Shown: in pieces, positions 38,918 to 52,493 of the stretch
Numbering within the stretch: position 1 is the first letter of the stretch
Layout: every line of letters starts with the position of its first letter
Notes under the pieces: generated by a model
What the model was told of the DNA's origin: nothing
The model's input: only the letters and a program-made list of their open reading frames with translations
Databases searched by the model: none
Translations under genes and position numbers: made by a program
Assembly: GCA_977030845.1 (NCBI GenBank)
Contig: OZ365116.1
Coordinates: 26,102,001 to 26,166,000 of the forward strand
Origin: Fimbriosthenelais zetlandica
Taxonomy: Eukaryota
DNA: 64,000 nucleotides
Direction of reading: 5' to 3'

Positions 38918-39934
38918 ATCCTAATACAACACCTGATTAAGGTTCATTGTGATAACCTGAAACATTCCATTATATTCCACTGAGTTAGACCAGGGTAAAC
39001 CCTAGTTAATTTAACCTTTGCGGGGATTTAATATTTGATTGAAGGAGGAAGCTTGGAGGTGAATTAAATACACTTAGTAGATGAAGAAGGCTGCCAGAAT
39101 CCGTGATTAGTTCTAATCAATGATTGCTACCTGCTACCATGGTGCCCCCCACCTCCACCCCCCCCCCCCCCCCTCCAGCCAGACTAATGAATGAAACAAT
39201 GGCTTGTAATTCCAACTCTACCATTAACTGAAGCCATTTGTAAACTTGTTTTTTATAATCAAGGAACCTCGAGTCATTGAGCCACTACTTAAGTATAATA
39301 GAAAGTATTTATAAAATAAACATTTAAGTAAATTACTTCCTGTGGAAAGGTCGTCAATTTGGAAAGATTTTAAAAACACTATAGGCTACGTGTGTTTGAA
39401 TAGGTCGTAAATGTGAAAAGATTTAAAACATTATAGGCTACGTGTGTTTATGTAACACACTTTGGTAATTTAAGCACGAGTGCGTTACAAGTATGTAAGA
39501 GCAGCAGGTGTAAAATATACCTGGTAATATGATCTACATGTATTCATCTTAATATTATAGACATTATCAGACCATGACGAGCGTTTTTAATTCATATTTA
39601 ATCATAAATCAGGACCGTGACTTGTATTTTGTTCTTTGTGTTAATCTACATGGAGTGAGGTAGTTTTTTGTAGTTGTTTAGGTTAGTTTAGTTAGTTTAG
39701 ATTAGATGGTGTATACAGGTGTTTACACCATGAGTGGGATGGGCGTGCTGCGTACATCCGGGCATTGTTTGGTATTAATTAGCTGCCCCGTGAGGATTAG
39801 ACTTATCATTAAACTATTGATACGTTCAACCATCGCCTAGCGACATCCAAACTATTGTCATCTTACCTCATCTCACTCCTTCTATCTTACCTTCTATCTC
39901 TTAGCTTCCATCTCTTAATTACCTTCTATCTTAC

Positions 39935-40480
39935 CTTCTCTCTCTTCCTTCCATCTCTTCCTTCCATCTCCCCCTTCCATCTCTTCCTTCCATCTCTCCC
40001 TTCCATCTCCCCCTTCCATCTCTCCCTTCCATCTCCCCCTTCCATCTCTCCCTTCCATCTCCCCCTTCCATCTCTCCCTTCCATCTCTCCCTTCCATCTC
40101 TCCCTTCCATCTCTCCCTTCCATCTCCCCCTTCCATCTCTCCCTTCCATCTCCCCCTTCCATCTCTCCCTTCCATCTCTCCCTTCCATCTCTCCCTTCCA
40201 TCTCTCCCTTCCATCTCCCCCTTCCATCTCTCCCTTCCATCTCCCCCTTCCATCTCTCCCTTCCATCTCTCCCTTCCATCTCTCCCTTCCATCTCTCCCT
40301 TCCATCTCCCCCTTCCATCTCTCCCTTCCATCTCTCCCTTCCATCTCTCCCTTCCATCTCTCCCTTCCATCTCTCCCTTCCATCTCCCCCTTCCATCTCT
40401 CCCTTCCATCTCCCCCTTCCATCTCTCCCTTCCATCTCCCCCTTCCATCTCTCCCTTCCATCTCTTCTTTCCATCTCTTA
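39935..40480. repeat. 13-bp pyrimidine-rich minisatellite (~40 copies; ccttccatctctc/ccttccatctccc)
   Basis: Explains the four repetitive ORFs between 39855 and 40497 (13-aa period = 3x13 nt). Confidence 0.95.
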
Positions 40481-40698
40481 CTTTCGACTTTAAACATGAT
40501 TTATGGAGACCTACTTTTGATATATTTTTCTCTCCTGTTTTTGCTCCATAATAAATGACTCAGGGAAGTTTTAACTTTACGCGGCCTGTTTTTCCACCTT
40601 TATCTACCATCTCACTTCACGTCTATTTTGTCATCGTGAAGGTTCACGGTTGCCTTGGTAACGTTGGTAACCTGTAACAATCACAGGTATTACAGACA

Positions 40699-43600
40699 AT
40701 GGGCTGCACGCCTTCCCAGCCACAGGCAACTGGTACTAAACTATCTAATTTTAAATTAAACTTAATTTATTCCATAAACTTGAACCCTGTATATATCTTT
40801 GCATGTTTTCTTTCTAAGCATGTGTACTTTGAACATTCACAAGGAATAAAGTATTTGTCTTGTGGGAAATTAAAATGATTGAGATTATATTCAGAAAGCG
40901 GAACCCAAGTTGTTCCCACGATACTCTAAGAGAATGGAATGTGGAATAGACCAATAGTGAATTAATGTCAGTAGTTATTAGGGCAATATAATCCTGGGTG
41001 GCATGGGATGGGATGGCAAGGGACGGGCAATCTTCACTTTCAATTGCTGGTTAACGGGCCAAATTCCAGATTTTTTGGGAGGAATTTAATACGAATATAA
41101 ATCACATAATATATAGATCCCCCAAATAGGTCAAGCCAAGGTCTGTAGTCAAACCCATCCCCTCACGAGGTGAGACAAATGTATGTTCTCACACCTTTGA
41201 CAACACCTTCCGGTTTTTTATTCCGTTTAAAAATCTCCATCCTTCACGCATGGTGTATAGGTGTATCAGAATATCTCCCCGTGTCTTGTGCTAACTGTCT
41301 CATCTCAAGCCTCTCTGATTCTTCTAAGAAGGAAATTACAGCTAAAAAAATGACCATAGCCTTGTCCACTGATTGTGGGAACATTGTATGATATTGCTGG
41401 GTGGAGAGGTTCTTGTTCATGCTATGTGTTTAGGTTCGTCACATAAATCTCTAATTAACTTTTATTGTTATTTAACTCAATTCTTCTCTTGTTTCTAAAC
41501 GTCTATCGTCTTCAATATTAAAAAGCAACCGTCCATGTAATAATGATAATAATCTATTATCTCTAATTCATCTGTTATTATTATTTAGTTAGTAATAGGC
41601 CTATGCTTCCGGACATTAAGCGATGGTGATTTTTATCATAATATAATTCTTCCTTTGATGTTATTTTTTGATGAATCATTCTGTGATTTATGTTCAGTAT
41701 TAAATGACTCTACATTTCTATTCCAGCTAACACTGGTCCGGCGGCCAAAACCAAAGCGACGCGGGCCCCGAACAAAGCGACGCCGGCCGCGACTAAAACG
41801 ACGTCACATGACCGGAAGGTGACGTCACATGACCGGAAGGTGACGTCACGGGACCGGAAGGACAAGATGACGTCATTAGAGGGTGGTGACGTCATGCGTG
41901 ACGTATTGAGGGGTCAGGTGGAGTCGGTGTCTGACCCGCCACCTAGCGTCTTTAGAGTGTACCTCGCCTCGTCCTCTACAGGTGAATAAATGACAGACAA
42001 TAACATGATTGTATTAGGCCTCATCCACTAGGTCGCAAGGGGGAAGCGATCACCGGCGATCAGCGATCCCTAGCGATCAAATCACTCAATATTTAGAATG
42101 TTTAATATTTTGTGCGATTAAAAGCGATCACCAATGTACCTGGCGATCAGATCGCTTATATGGATGAACATGGGCGATCTGATCGCTGGCACTTCATCCA
42201 CATCCATGTGATCGCTTCTGATCGCTAATAACACGATCACAAGCAATCTCTTGCCCCTTGTGACCTAGTGGATGAGCCCTATATATGTCAGATATTTTAA
42301 CATGATTCTATGTCTGATATTTTAACATGATTCTATGTCTGATATTTTAACATGATTCTTTGTCTGATATTTTAACATGATTCTATGTCTGATATTTTAA
42401 CATGATTCTATGTCTGATATTTTAACATGATTCTATGTCTGATATTTTAACATGATTCTATGTCTGATATTTTAACATGATTCTATGTCTCATATTTTAA
42501 CATGATTCTATGTCTGATATTTTAACATGATTCTATGTCTGATATTTTAACATGATTCTTTGTCTCATATTTTCCATATTTCTTATTAACATCTTGTGAT
42601 TTTCCCCCACACAGATATGTGTATAGAGCGCGCAGTGCTGGCCAAGAAGGTGTTCCCGAGGCTGAGAGAATACTGCCGGACCACCTACAACACCGACCTA
42701 CAGGTAGGCCTATTATTATTCTAAAACTTATACAAAAGAATAAAAAATCGCGGAGACAATTTATAGACTTTTTTAATCTAGTTTTATAGGCGGGACCGAA
42801 GACTGCTTTGGTTGTTCGCACTATTAGCTCAAAGCTTTTACTTTAAGCTTTTGGAGCATGACAATATTTTACCCTCCCCCCCCCCCCCAGCCCCTTGACC
42901 CCATGTACATACTTTCACCATTTTAGAATGCCCCCATTCTGTCTATAGGTAGATGGATGGTGTTTAGATGTGCATGAATTGAGTTACCATGCTCACAATG
43001 AGCCCTTCTGTTACCTGGTAATTCATCTTTGGTAACAGACTTTCTGTTAGTCGGTAATTGATCCTTGTTTTGTCAACCCTTCATGTGGAACATCTTCCAT
43101 GTATAAAGGAACTTATGTGGAACTCCGCCAACTCTCCACCTCTCTGCTCACATCCTGGCGTGACGGAGGACCCCACCCTCTCTAATGGCTCACTTTACTT
43201 CACTTCTCGTTCACTTTAATTTTTGTTCACTTTTAGGTCGTTGATCTACGCTTGGGTGCGGAGTTCTCAGACGATCCCACAGCCACCCCGCTCAGACTGG
43301 AGGAGATAAAGAGATGCCAGCAGCTCTCACTGGGTCCAACATTCGTGGTGAGTTTAAACCATGAAACATGAAACGTTTAAAAGATGAAACATAATAAGCA
43401 ACCTTCCCTTTAATAAAATTTATAAAAAACATAATCTGTTTATCATGATGACAGGGTTTATGTTCACTAATTATCCCTCAATCCATCTCATCCTTTTACT
43501 GATTTAAACTTCAATATTTCCTCAGTACGTAATAAGATGTTTTACAATTAGTAAGATGTTTTATAATTAGTGTGATTATGTTTATTTTAGTTGTTAATCG

Positions 43601-46600
43601 GGGGTAAGTACGGCAGCTCCGTCATACCCACCCACATCCCGGCTCGTCAGTTTGAGGTGATCTGCTCGTGTCTCGCGTCTAGCGGCCAGGTGGCGCTGTT
43701 AGACATGTGGTATAGACGTCATGATGACGTCACACCGCCCGTGTACGTCTTACGTCACACGGTGAGCGGGAGTTGGAGCCAGGCGGCGTCTGAGTGGCGT
43801 GAGGCGGCTGGTGAGCTGAGACGGACGCTACAGGCGGGCGTACGTCGGGGCGTACAGGTGGGCAAGATGGAGGCCGAGGTGGAGGCCACATACTTCACGT
43901 CAGGTAAGGCGAACCATCGCCAAACATCGCCAAACATCGCCAAACATCGCCAACCATCGCGAGCTTCAATCTAAATATGATACCTTTAATATGGAACCCA
44001 CAAGCCCACCATTTAATTTTATTTAGAATTTACTTGCCTTTTCGAAATTAGTTATACTTGTTAGGGGCCTTAGGGGCCATCTCCTAAATTCACAAGTGTC
44101 TTTTCTGAATTTAAGTGCTTTAATTTGTATCCAGACCACCACCTCATGTCTTAAAGTGTGACAAACAGCCGCTGAAATATTGCTAACTGACTTAAATTTT
44201 AAAAGACTTAAAGTTAGGAAAAAATTTGCCAATTTGTGAATTGATATAATTTGCAAAATGACCAAAATAATCACGTAATGACCAATGATGACAAGAATCT
44301 ATGCTCACATTAGATGTTTGATCAATTTAATTTAAACCAGTTAGTCTTGTGCCGTGAATCGTGCCTTGGTTGTGTCTACAGCCACTTAAAATTAATTACC
44401 TCATTACTAACATTCCTCCTTAATGAAAAAATGTTAATGACCTGCCAATCATCTTCATACATGATAATCATGTTTGTATTACGTTGTAACTCTTTATTTC
44501 CATGTTTATATTACGTTGTAACTCTTTATTTCCATGTTTATATTACGTTGTAACTCTTTATTTTCTTCCTCGTCCATCAGAGTTAGAGTTGGAGGTCGAG
44601 GCTGGCATCCTCGCCGATCCTCGCGCCAGTTCACGATGTTTGATGTTCCGTCGTAAACTGACCAACATGAACCTGAACCATGAACTGGCTGGTCACTTTA
44701 TAGATGTAGATCAATCAGGTGATGTAGACACCCACAAACAGTCACTATGTGAACACATGGCTGAACAAAAGATCCCATCAAAGATCCACTCCACACACAT
44801 ACACAGCTTCACGGTAGAGTGGAGTGACGAGGGTGGAGTCAGTGAGGCGCGACATGGCGACTACCTACATCAACTCTGTGAGACATTTAACACCAGCATG
44901 GTTCACGTCATAGACGCCAGTATCAAGACGCGACGTCATGATGACGTCATCACACACACTGATGACGTCATGACGGAGGTGACGCACCACGTCAGGGAGT
45001 GTAGACGCCGGAGTATACCACTCACCGGATGTGACGTCATACTCCAGCGTCTGCGTCATTACGTCACAGATGACGTCACAGAACCTCTGATACTGTATGG
45101 TCAGCCTGGAGTGGGGAAGTCGTGTCTCATGGCCAAGGCGGCGTCTCTAGTAGGTTCATCTTAATATCTAGATGTTTAGATTTGGAATTAGAACATTATA
45201 AACATTATGAAATGTTAATTAGTGCCAGTAATGTCCCGAGCACCGAGTTAATGGACACCCCCACCGACTGACACCAATCTACACTCATTATGTCTTTATT
45301 TATAGCTGTGTGTTTATCAGATTAACCTGGTTTTTATAATTATTTAAAATTCGTCATTTGATGATTCATATTCTTACCTCAGACCTGTTCCTTTACTTGG
45401 ATATGTTTATATTTTGAGATATCAAAGGTCAGCCATGTCTGTGGTGAGAGGCATGGCATAGTGCCATGCTAATTGAGATGAGCAGGCCATTCTCTACCGA
45501 TAGCGAGTTTCCTCCAGTAATATTAAGTTTATTTACCCTTTCCAGGTACCTCAGTGGTTGGAGGACGACCCCGCACCGTCAGTCGTCATCCCGCGGTTCC
45601 TGGGCACCAGCCCCGCCTCCTCCTCCCTGGAGGGCGTCCTCCGGTCTATCTGTCTCCAGCTCCACCTCATCTACTCCCCCTCCTCCCCCTCCTCCCCCTC
45701 CTCCCCCTCCTCCCCCTCCTCCCCCTCCCCCTCCTCCCCCTCCCCCTCCTCCCCTAACCTCCCCCACGACCTAGAGCAGCTCAGTGAGCACTTCCTCCAG
45801 CTCCTCTACGACTCCCCTCCTCATCTCTCTATCATTATCCTCCTGGATGGCCTGGAGACCCTCCTCCCTGCCCCTCACCCTGCAGGGAGCTCCCTGTGTC
45901 TACCCTCCACCCTTCCTGAGAACGTGAAGCTGATCGCCTCGTGTGTGGACACGGAGGAAGGCCGGGCGATCCTTAAACAACTGAGGAAAAATAAGATAAA
46001 TAAAGATGAGTTTGTGGAGGTGCTGGGCCTGGATGGGGAGGCGTGTCAGAGGTTGATGAGGTCCTGGGTGAGTAATGGTCGCCGGGTACTCAACCCGCCA
46101 CAGTGGCGAGTAGTGGATGAGTTACTCATACAGGGAGCTACTCCTCTATACCTGAACCTCCTACTAGAGCACATCATGAGCTGGAGGTCTGATACCAGCT
46201 TACTGGAGGTCCCCAGCACGGCGGGGGGGTTGATAAAAAACATGGTGGACCAACTAGAGGAGAAACACGGCAAGAACATGACGTCATCCGTGCTAGGTAT
46301 GCTACTGATGACGTCATACGGCGTCACGGAGAGCGAGGTGGAGGATATGCTCAGCTTAGACGAAACAGTGAGTTTAACTTTCACATTCCATACAGTCAAA
46401 CAAGCCCTCATATTTATTAAATGAAATATGTTTTCAGTTTAAGTATTTGACACCTCAAAGTTAATTAAAACATAATTGGGTTAAATATATTTTTTATATG
46501 TGACTTATAGTTATAAATTAGCCTGATTAATTGCCTTGATTTGATGATAATTGTTTTATATTATAACAGTATTTTTTGTTGTTTTAGGTGTTGATGAATA

Positions 46601-49600
46601 TCTTCACGGATTACGTGCCGTCAGTTCGCCGGTTACCCAGCGTTCTGTGGTATAAGCTGCTGTCTGATCTCCGCCCCCTCATCACCTACACCTCTATAGA
46701 CGGTCACTCTGTCATTAAACTCACAGACAGACTGTGTGAGACAGAGTTAAGACAGAGGTACCTGTCTACATGGGTGACGGCGGTCGGCAGCCGCGTGAAG
46801 AACCTGATGTTAGACTATTACACGGGAGAGTGGAGTGAGACTGAGAAACCATTTATATACCTCCCTGATCAACCCCGACTACTGGGACTAAAGACTGACT
46901 CATCCTCTCATAGATACGTCCCTACACAACCCACCCTCACTAAATATACTGATACTAGAGGTGAGGTGAAGTGGATCATCAACACGAGGAAGGTGAGGGT
47001 GCTCAGCACGGTGCTCTATCACGATGCTCTATACTGGGATAATGAGGAGGCTCTATTCCGCTTTATGAGACTCGTACCGTTTAACTTTGAGCTGCTCATG
47101 GCTTTGTTGATGATGGGTGAGTGGAGGCAGCTGATGAACGTGTTAAACATCAGATCAGTGATTGATGATGAGGATGGGGAGTTTGAGAAGAGACAGTTAG
47201 TGGTGTATACTCGATGTCTGACGAGTGTGAGGGAGCAGCTCATACACAACCCCTCCACTCTCATCATACACCTCATAGGTCAGCTGATTGGTCAGTATAA
47301 CTTCCTCACACACCCCACCACCTTAATACGCCAGGCTGATAAACAAGATGGCCGCCAGTTCTGTGGGTTGGTGTGTCCCTACCAGCAGTTACCGCTCGCC
47401 GGTGAGGTGAACTATCTACACGCCACCCACCACAACAATGACGTTACCAATGTTACCTTCACTGGTAACGTCATGTTTACAGTCTCTGATAAACTGGTAG
47501 GCGTCGCTTTTGACACTTACGGTAATCAGACTAAGATAGTGACAAATGTACGGGTACAGGGTATACCTAGAGGTGACTACGTTAAACACATGGAGGTGAT
47601 CGGGGTGGAGAATCAGTATGGTGTTCACGAGGAGGAAGATGAAGATTATGATAAACTATTATCATCTGTGAAGATTGTACTGGCTTTATACCATCAACCT
47701 ACAGTGGTCATCATCCGGGCATCTGATGGTCAAGTCTTACTGACCATAGACTGTACGAAACATATTCCTAATGATAGCCAGTCACAGCTCAGAGACAGTG
47801 ATAGCCAGTCACAGATCACAGACAGAGACAGACAGTCACAGATCACGGGACTTGAGGTCATCTCCCCGTCTCTACATGAGAGTCAGTTACTGGTCAGTCT
47901 GAACCATGGGTCATCTATACATGTGTACAGCTGTGACAGTGGTCAGTTCATACACTCACTGTCCACTAGTGACCACTCTATACTAGACATCACTCAGATG
48001 GACGATGGTACCTTCTGTGCTCTACTACAAAACGGTGAGATAACGCCTATAGAAAACATACAAAACATGAAACCTAAACACATGAAACCACAGAACATGA
48101 AACCACAGAACATGAAACCACAGAACGCCTACCAGAAGGCAACCACGCCGTTACCAACGCTCAAACACGGTAACAACATCAAGGCGTGGAATGTGGGTAA
48201 GTGGGGGGCACTCGGCAGTGAGGTGTTGGTGCTCAGTACTGAATCTGGTGATTTAATGTCGATATTTGGAGTGAACCCCTCACTGTCACACTCCCTACCC
48301 CCCGTGACGGCCGCCATGACACTCCCCTGTCACACCCCCGCTCACTCTATCGACACGGATGTCAGGGGTTTCAGTTCACGTCTGGTGGTAGCCCTGGCTC
48401 TCATCTCCACACAGTCGTGGGTGTATATGGTGAAGTTTGAGGTGGGCAGGAATAGACAATGTTCTACGACACTCGCTGCTAGTCTGAAGACGCGACTAGA
48501 TGACGTACGACTGTATGACGACGTCTTTATAGGACGTCACATGAACGCCGTCATGGTGGGTTCATGTGGTAACAAGAATGATGGTTCATTCTACATGAGG
48601 AAACTAGCCATACTAGATGTACATAGCTCACCCATCGACATCATGAGGCCCTCAGCTATCTGTGAGTATACTTATAGTCATTTATACTTAAATGAAACAA
48701 TATGAAATGAAATAGAAATTACCAACAAATCTGGGAGCCTGTTTTCTTGCTAACACCAAATATTCTATAGGAATTTATTTAAGTTTTATTTGGCTTTGAT
48801 CATTGACTTATTCTCGTTTGGTATTTTTAATATCAGTGAGTTTATTTATTTATTTATTTATGTGATATTTTCAGTATCAGGCACCCAGTCTAACCGCCTG
48901 GTAGCCACCGTGGCTAGTGACGGCTCATGTCGCGCCTTTAACTTGACCACTGTCCAGATGTCCAGTGATAACATCACATCGTTTGAGAGGATGGAAGGAC
49001 CGGTCCATTCTATCACGGCAGGCGTGTCACTAGCTGCTCTCACCGAGAAAGACAACAGGTGAGGCGAAATGAGTGATTAATTATAATGAAATATCATCAT
49101 GATATAACTGAAAGTGACGTTAATCTTATATCTTCTATTTATTACAGCCATGTGGCGGTATTTGACATACAGACGGGCTCTCTGATGAAGGACTTCCTCC
49201 ACTCTCAGTCCGTCACGTCATGTTGTTTCTCCACCAGTGAACGTTACCTGGCAACCATAGACACGACTGGTCACCTCTGTGTGTGGGACATCCTCGTCCT
49301 GGCCAGCACCGTGGAGATCTCTACACCTATACTCTCACGAAACTTACAGGTAACTCATTAACTTATATCTACACCTATACTCTCACCAAACTTACAGGTA
49401 ACTCATTAACTTATATCTACACCTATACTCTCACGAAACTTACAGGTAACTTAATTAACTTATATCTACACCTATACTGTCACGAAACTTACAGGTAACT
49501 CATTAACTTATATCTACACCTATACTGTCACGAAACTTACAGGTAACTCATTAACTTATATCTACACCTATACTCTCACGAAACTTACAGGTAACTTATT

Positions 49601-52493
49601 AACTTATATCTACACCTATACTGTCACGAAACTTACAGGTAACTTAATTAACTTATATCTACACCTATACTCTCACCAAACTTACAGGTAACTTATTAAC
49701 TTATATCTACACCTATACTCTCACCAAACTTACAGGTAACTTATTAACCTATATCTACACCTATACTGTCACCAAACTTACAGGTAACTTATTAACTTAT
49801 ATCTACACCTATACTCTCACGAAACTTACAGGTAACTCATTAACTTATATCTACACCTATACTCTCACCAAACTTACAGGTAACTTATTAACTTATATCT
49901 ACACCTATACTGTCACGAAACTTACAGGTAACTCATTAACTTATATCTACACCTATACTCTCACGAAACTTACAGGTAACTCATTAACTTATATCTACAC
50001 CTATACTCTCACGAAACTTACAGGTAACTTATTAACTTATATCTACACCTATACTGTCACAAAACTTACAGGTAACGTATTAACTTATATCTACACCTAT
50101 ACTCTCACCAAACTTACAGGTAACTCATTAACTTATATCTACACCTATACTCTCACGAAACTTACAGGTAACTTAGCAACTTATATCTACACCTATACTG
50201 TCACGAAACTTACAGGTAACTTATTAACTTATATCTACATCTATACTCTCACCAAACTTACAGGTAACTTATTAACTTATATCTACACCTATACTCTCAC
50301 CAAACTTACAGGTAACTCATTAACTTATATCTACACCTATACTCTCACCAAACTTACAGGTAACTCATTAACTTATATCTACACCTATACTCTCACCAAA
50401 CTTACAGGTAACTTATTAACTTATATCTACACCTATACTCTCACCAAACTTACAGGTAACTTATTAACTTATATCTACACCTATACTCACCAAACTTACA
50501 GGTAACTTATTAACTTATATCTACACCTATACTGTCACGAAACTTACAGGTAACTGATTAACTTATATCTACACCCATACTGTCACGAAACTTACAGGTA
50601 ACTTATTAACTTATATCTACACCTATACTCTCACGAAACTTACAGGTAACTCATTAACTTACATCTACACCTATACTCTCACCAAACTTACAGGTAACTC
50701 ATTAACTTACATCTACACCTATACTCTCACCAAACTTACAGGTAACTCATTAACTTATATCTACACCTGTACTGTCACAAAACTTACAGGTAACTTAGCA
50801 ACTTATATCTACACCTATACTCTCACAAAACTTACAGGTAACTTAGCAACAACACATCAATATTTCCCCCCTAAATATCGCTTGAAATGTTGTTTGATAT
50901 ATTATTAAGACTACAATGTAAATCTGTCATTTTCAGGGCAGCAAACATTGGATGTTCTGGTGCAGTAACAGCCAGTTCCTGGTTGTTTCTGATTGCGGCA
51001 CACAAGTAACAGCTCACCCAAAGACAAAGGAGGTGATAGAGATAGACAATGTCCCCACCCCGGGCTCCACCCCGGGCCCCCTACAAGACGTAATCATGAA
51101 TAATCACGGTGACATCCTGTGCCTGAGTTCAGACGGTCGAGTCCTGACCACCACCAGGCCTGGTGACACCTCCCACACCTCAACACTGGACATTAAATCA
51201 GGCCACTCCATCTCTAAATACGGTCCGTCCATCAGTAAGATGGGTGTGAGTGGAGCTGACACATTAATGTTGGTGGGAGGGACACTGCTCTGTTATAAAC
51301 TCACATCTCACAGTATTATACCGCTATATAAAGGTCTGTCACATGATGCTCACATTGTGACAGCAGGGTCTACTATAGCTGTCATTAACCACGATCAGCT
51401 GTCAGTACTGACAGACATGGATGACAGCTGGATGGATTATAACCACCATATTAACACTAACATGGTGAGTGTGACAGGTGATGGCAGGTATGTGGTTATA
51501 GTAGCTGACATTAAGACAGTTAAACTACTCCGTGTGTCAGATCATGTACAGCTGGCCTCCTTCATCTTCATGGTGGATATATCAGCTGTCAATATCAGCA
51601 GTGACGGCTCGTTTGTCATCATTGGCGGGGTGGATGGCCGATTATATACATACGTTATAGCTGATCCTGATGAACCTAGTCACGATGAACGTATAGCTAA
51701 CCTCCCGAGTCGTCAACAGCCAGTCGTACTTCAGATAGAACGGCTACATGACTTACGTTATAAGACGTTACGTCACATGACGGTAGACATGGAGACCAGC
51801 TCATTCGGCGGCAGTGACAGCGAGCTGTCAACTACTGACAGTGACAGTGACAGTGACAGCGAGTTTGGTTCATCAGATGAAGATGAGGAGGAGGAGGAGG
51901 AGGAAACATCAGCTACAGATCAAAATAAAGCTGGATCTACTCAACAAAAAAACATTAAAAAAGACAGCGGACAAGTAGACAGCGCCAGGCCTAAAGCCAT
52001 GGTCAATGGTAAGACAGGGACAGACAGTAAGACAGGGTCAGACAGTAAGACAGACAGTAAGACAGACAGTAAGACAGGGACAGACAGTAAGACAGACAGT
52101 AAGTCAGACAGTCAGTCAGTGTTGATGCCTCTACCTAACGGTACAGTCTGTCTAGCTCCCGTCACGTACCGTCAACCAGCCCTACAGACAGGATATAAAA
52201 AGAGGATAAATAAACTAAATAACAGATTTACTGACGTGGATAAAGCTGACAAACATCACTGTCACACTGACAGCGGTAAATCATGCTGTCACACTGACAG
52301 TAAACCCTCCTGTCACACTGACACTGACAGTGACAGCAGGCCTGTATGGACAGCACCCCTGTCACGTGACACTAGACGTGCCAGCTGCCGGTTAACAAGT
52401 CTACAGTCACGTAAAGGTACAAGTGTCACCTCACCTCAACCTAACCCTACTGACGGCCGAGTGTCGGCATCTAAAGCCTGTGTCATCTCATAA
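40699..52493 (+). CDS. NACHT and WD-repeat domain protein (NWD1/NWD2-like): DUF4062/TIR-like N-domain, NACHT, WD40 region; 11 exons, ~2069 aa
   Basis: Exons 40699-40732, 41727-41981, 42615-42703, 43237-43347, 43591-43903, 44581-45149, 45546-46367, 46588-48661, 48875-49058, 49148-49349, 50937-52493 (6210 nt, phases consistent). N-domain FRVYLASSSTDMCIER..VFPRLREYC..VVDLRLG..LEEIKRCQQLSLGP. Walker A LYGQPGVGKS; PRFLGTSP; Walker B IIILLDGLE; TPLYL; GVTESEVEDMLSLDE; RRLPSVLW. WD-like repeats (DTTGHLCVWDI, ISSDGSFVIIGGVDG). The first exon is the least certain. Confidence 0.88.
42017..42279. mobile_element. MITE family C (263 bp) with GCGATC subterminal motifs, in NWD intron 2
   Basis: TIRs GGCCTCATCCACTAGGTCGCAAGGGG / CCCCTTGTGACCTAGTGGATGAGCCC, with TA on both flanks. 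Confidence 0.8.
42291..42575. repeat. 25-bp tandem repeat (~11 copies; gatattttaacatgattctatgtct)
   Basis: Period 25 (catgattcta at 42301, 42326...). Confidence 0.95.
44073..44220 (+). mobile_element. MITE family A, diverged partial copy
   Basis: ggggccatctc...tgtatccagaccaccacc..aaagtgtgacaaacagccgctgaaat..gctaactga. Confidence 0.7.
49319..50850 (+). repeat. 48-bp minisatellite (~32 copies) comprising an exon end and splice donor
   Basis: ctacacctat at 49321, 49369, 49417...; the unit is ATCTACACCTATACTCTCACGAAACTTACAG|GTAACTCATTAACTTAT. Confidence 0.95.

Noticed and set aside
39855-40497. ORFs of 177-212 aa (LPSISPFH / GEMEGRDGRERWK repeats)
   Set aside because: They are translations of a 13-bp minisatellite, open in several frames on both strands.
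44502-44580. N-terminal part of ORF 44502..45164 (MFILRCNSLF...)
   Set aside because: Intronic 31-bp repeats and pyrimidine tract; the exon starts at 44581.
49319-50850. Regularly spaced repeats resembling a CRISPR array (also 25585-26800 and 58511-59610)
   Set aside because: Head-to-tail units with no unique spacers, eukaryotic context and no cas genes.
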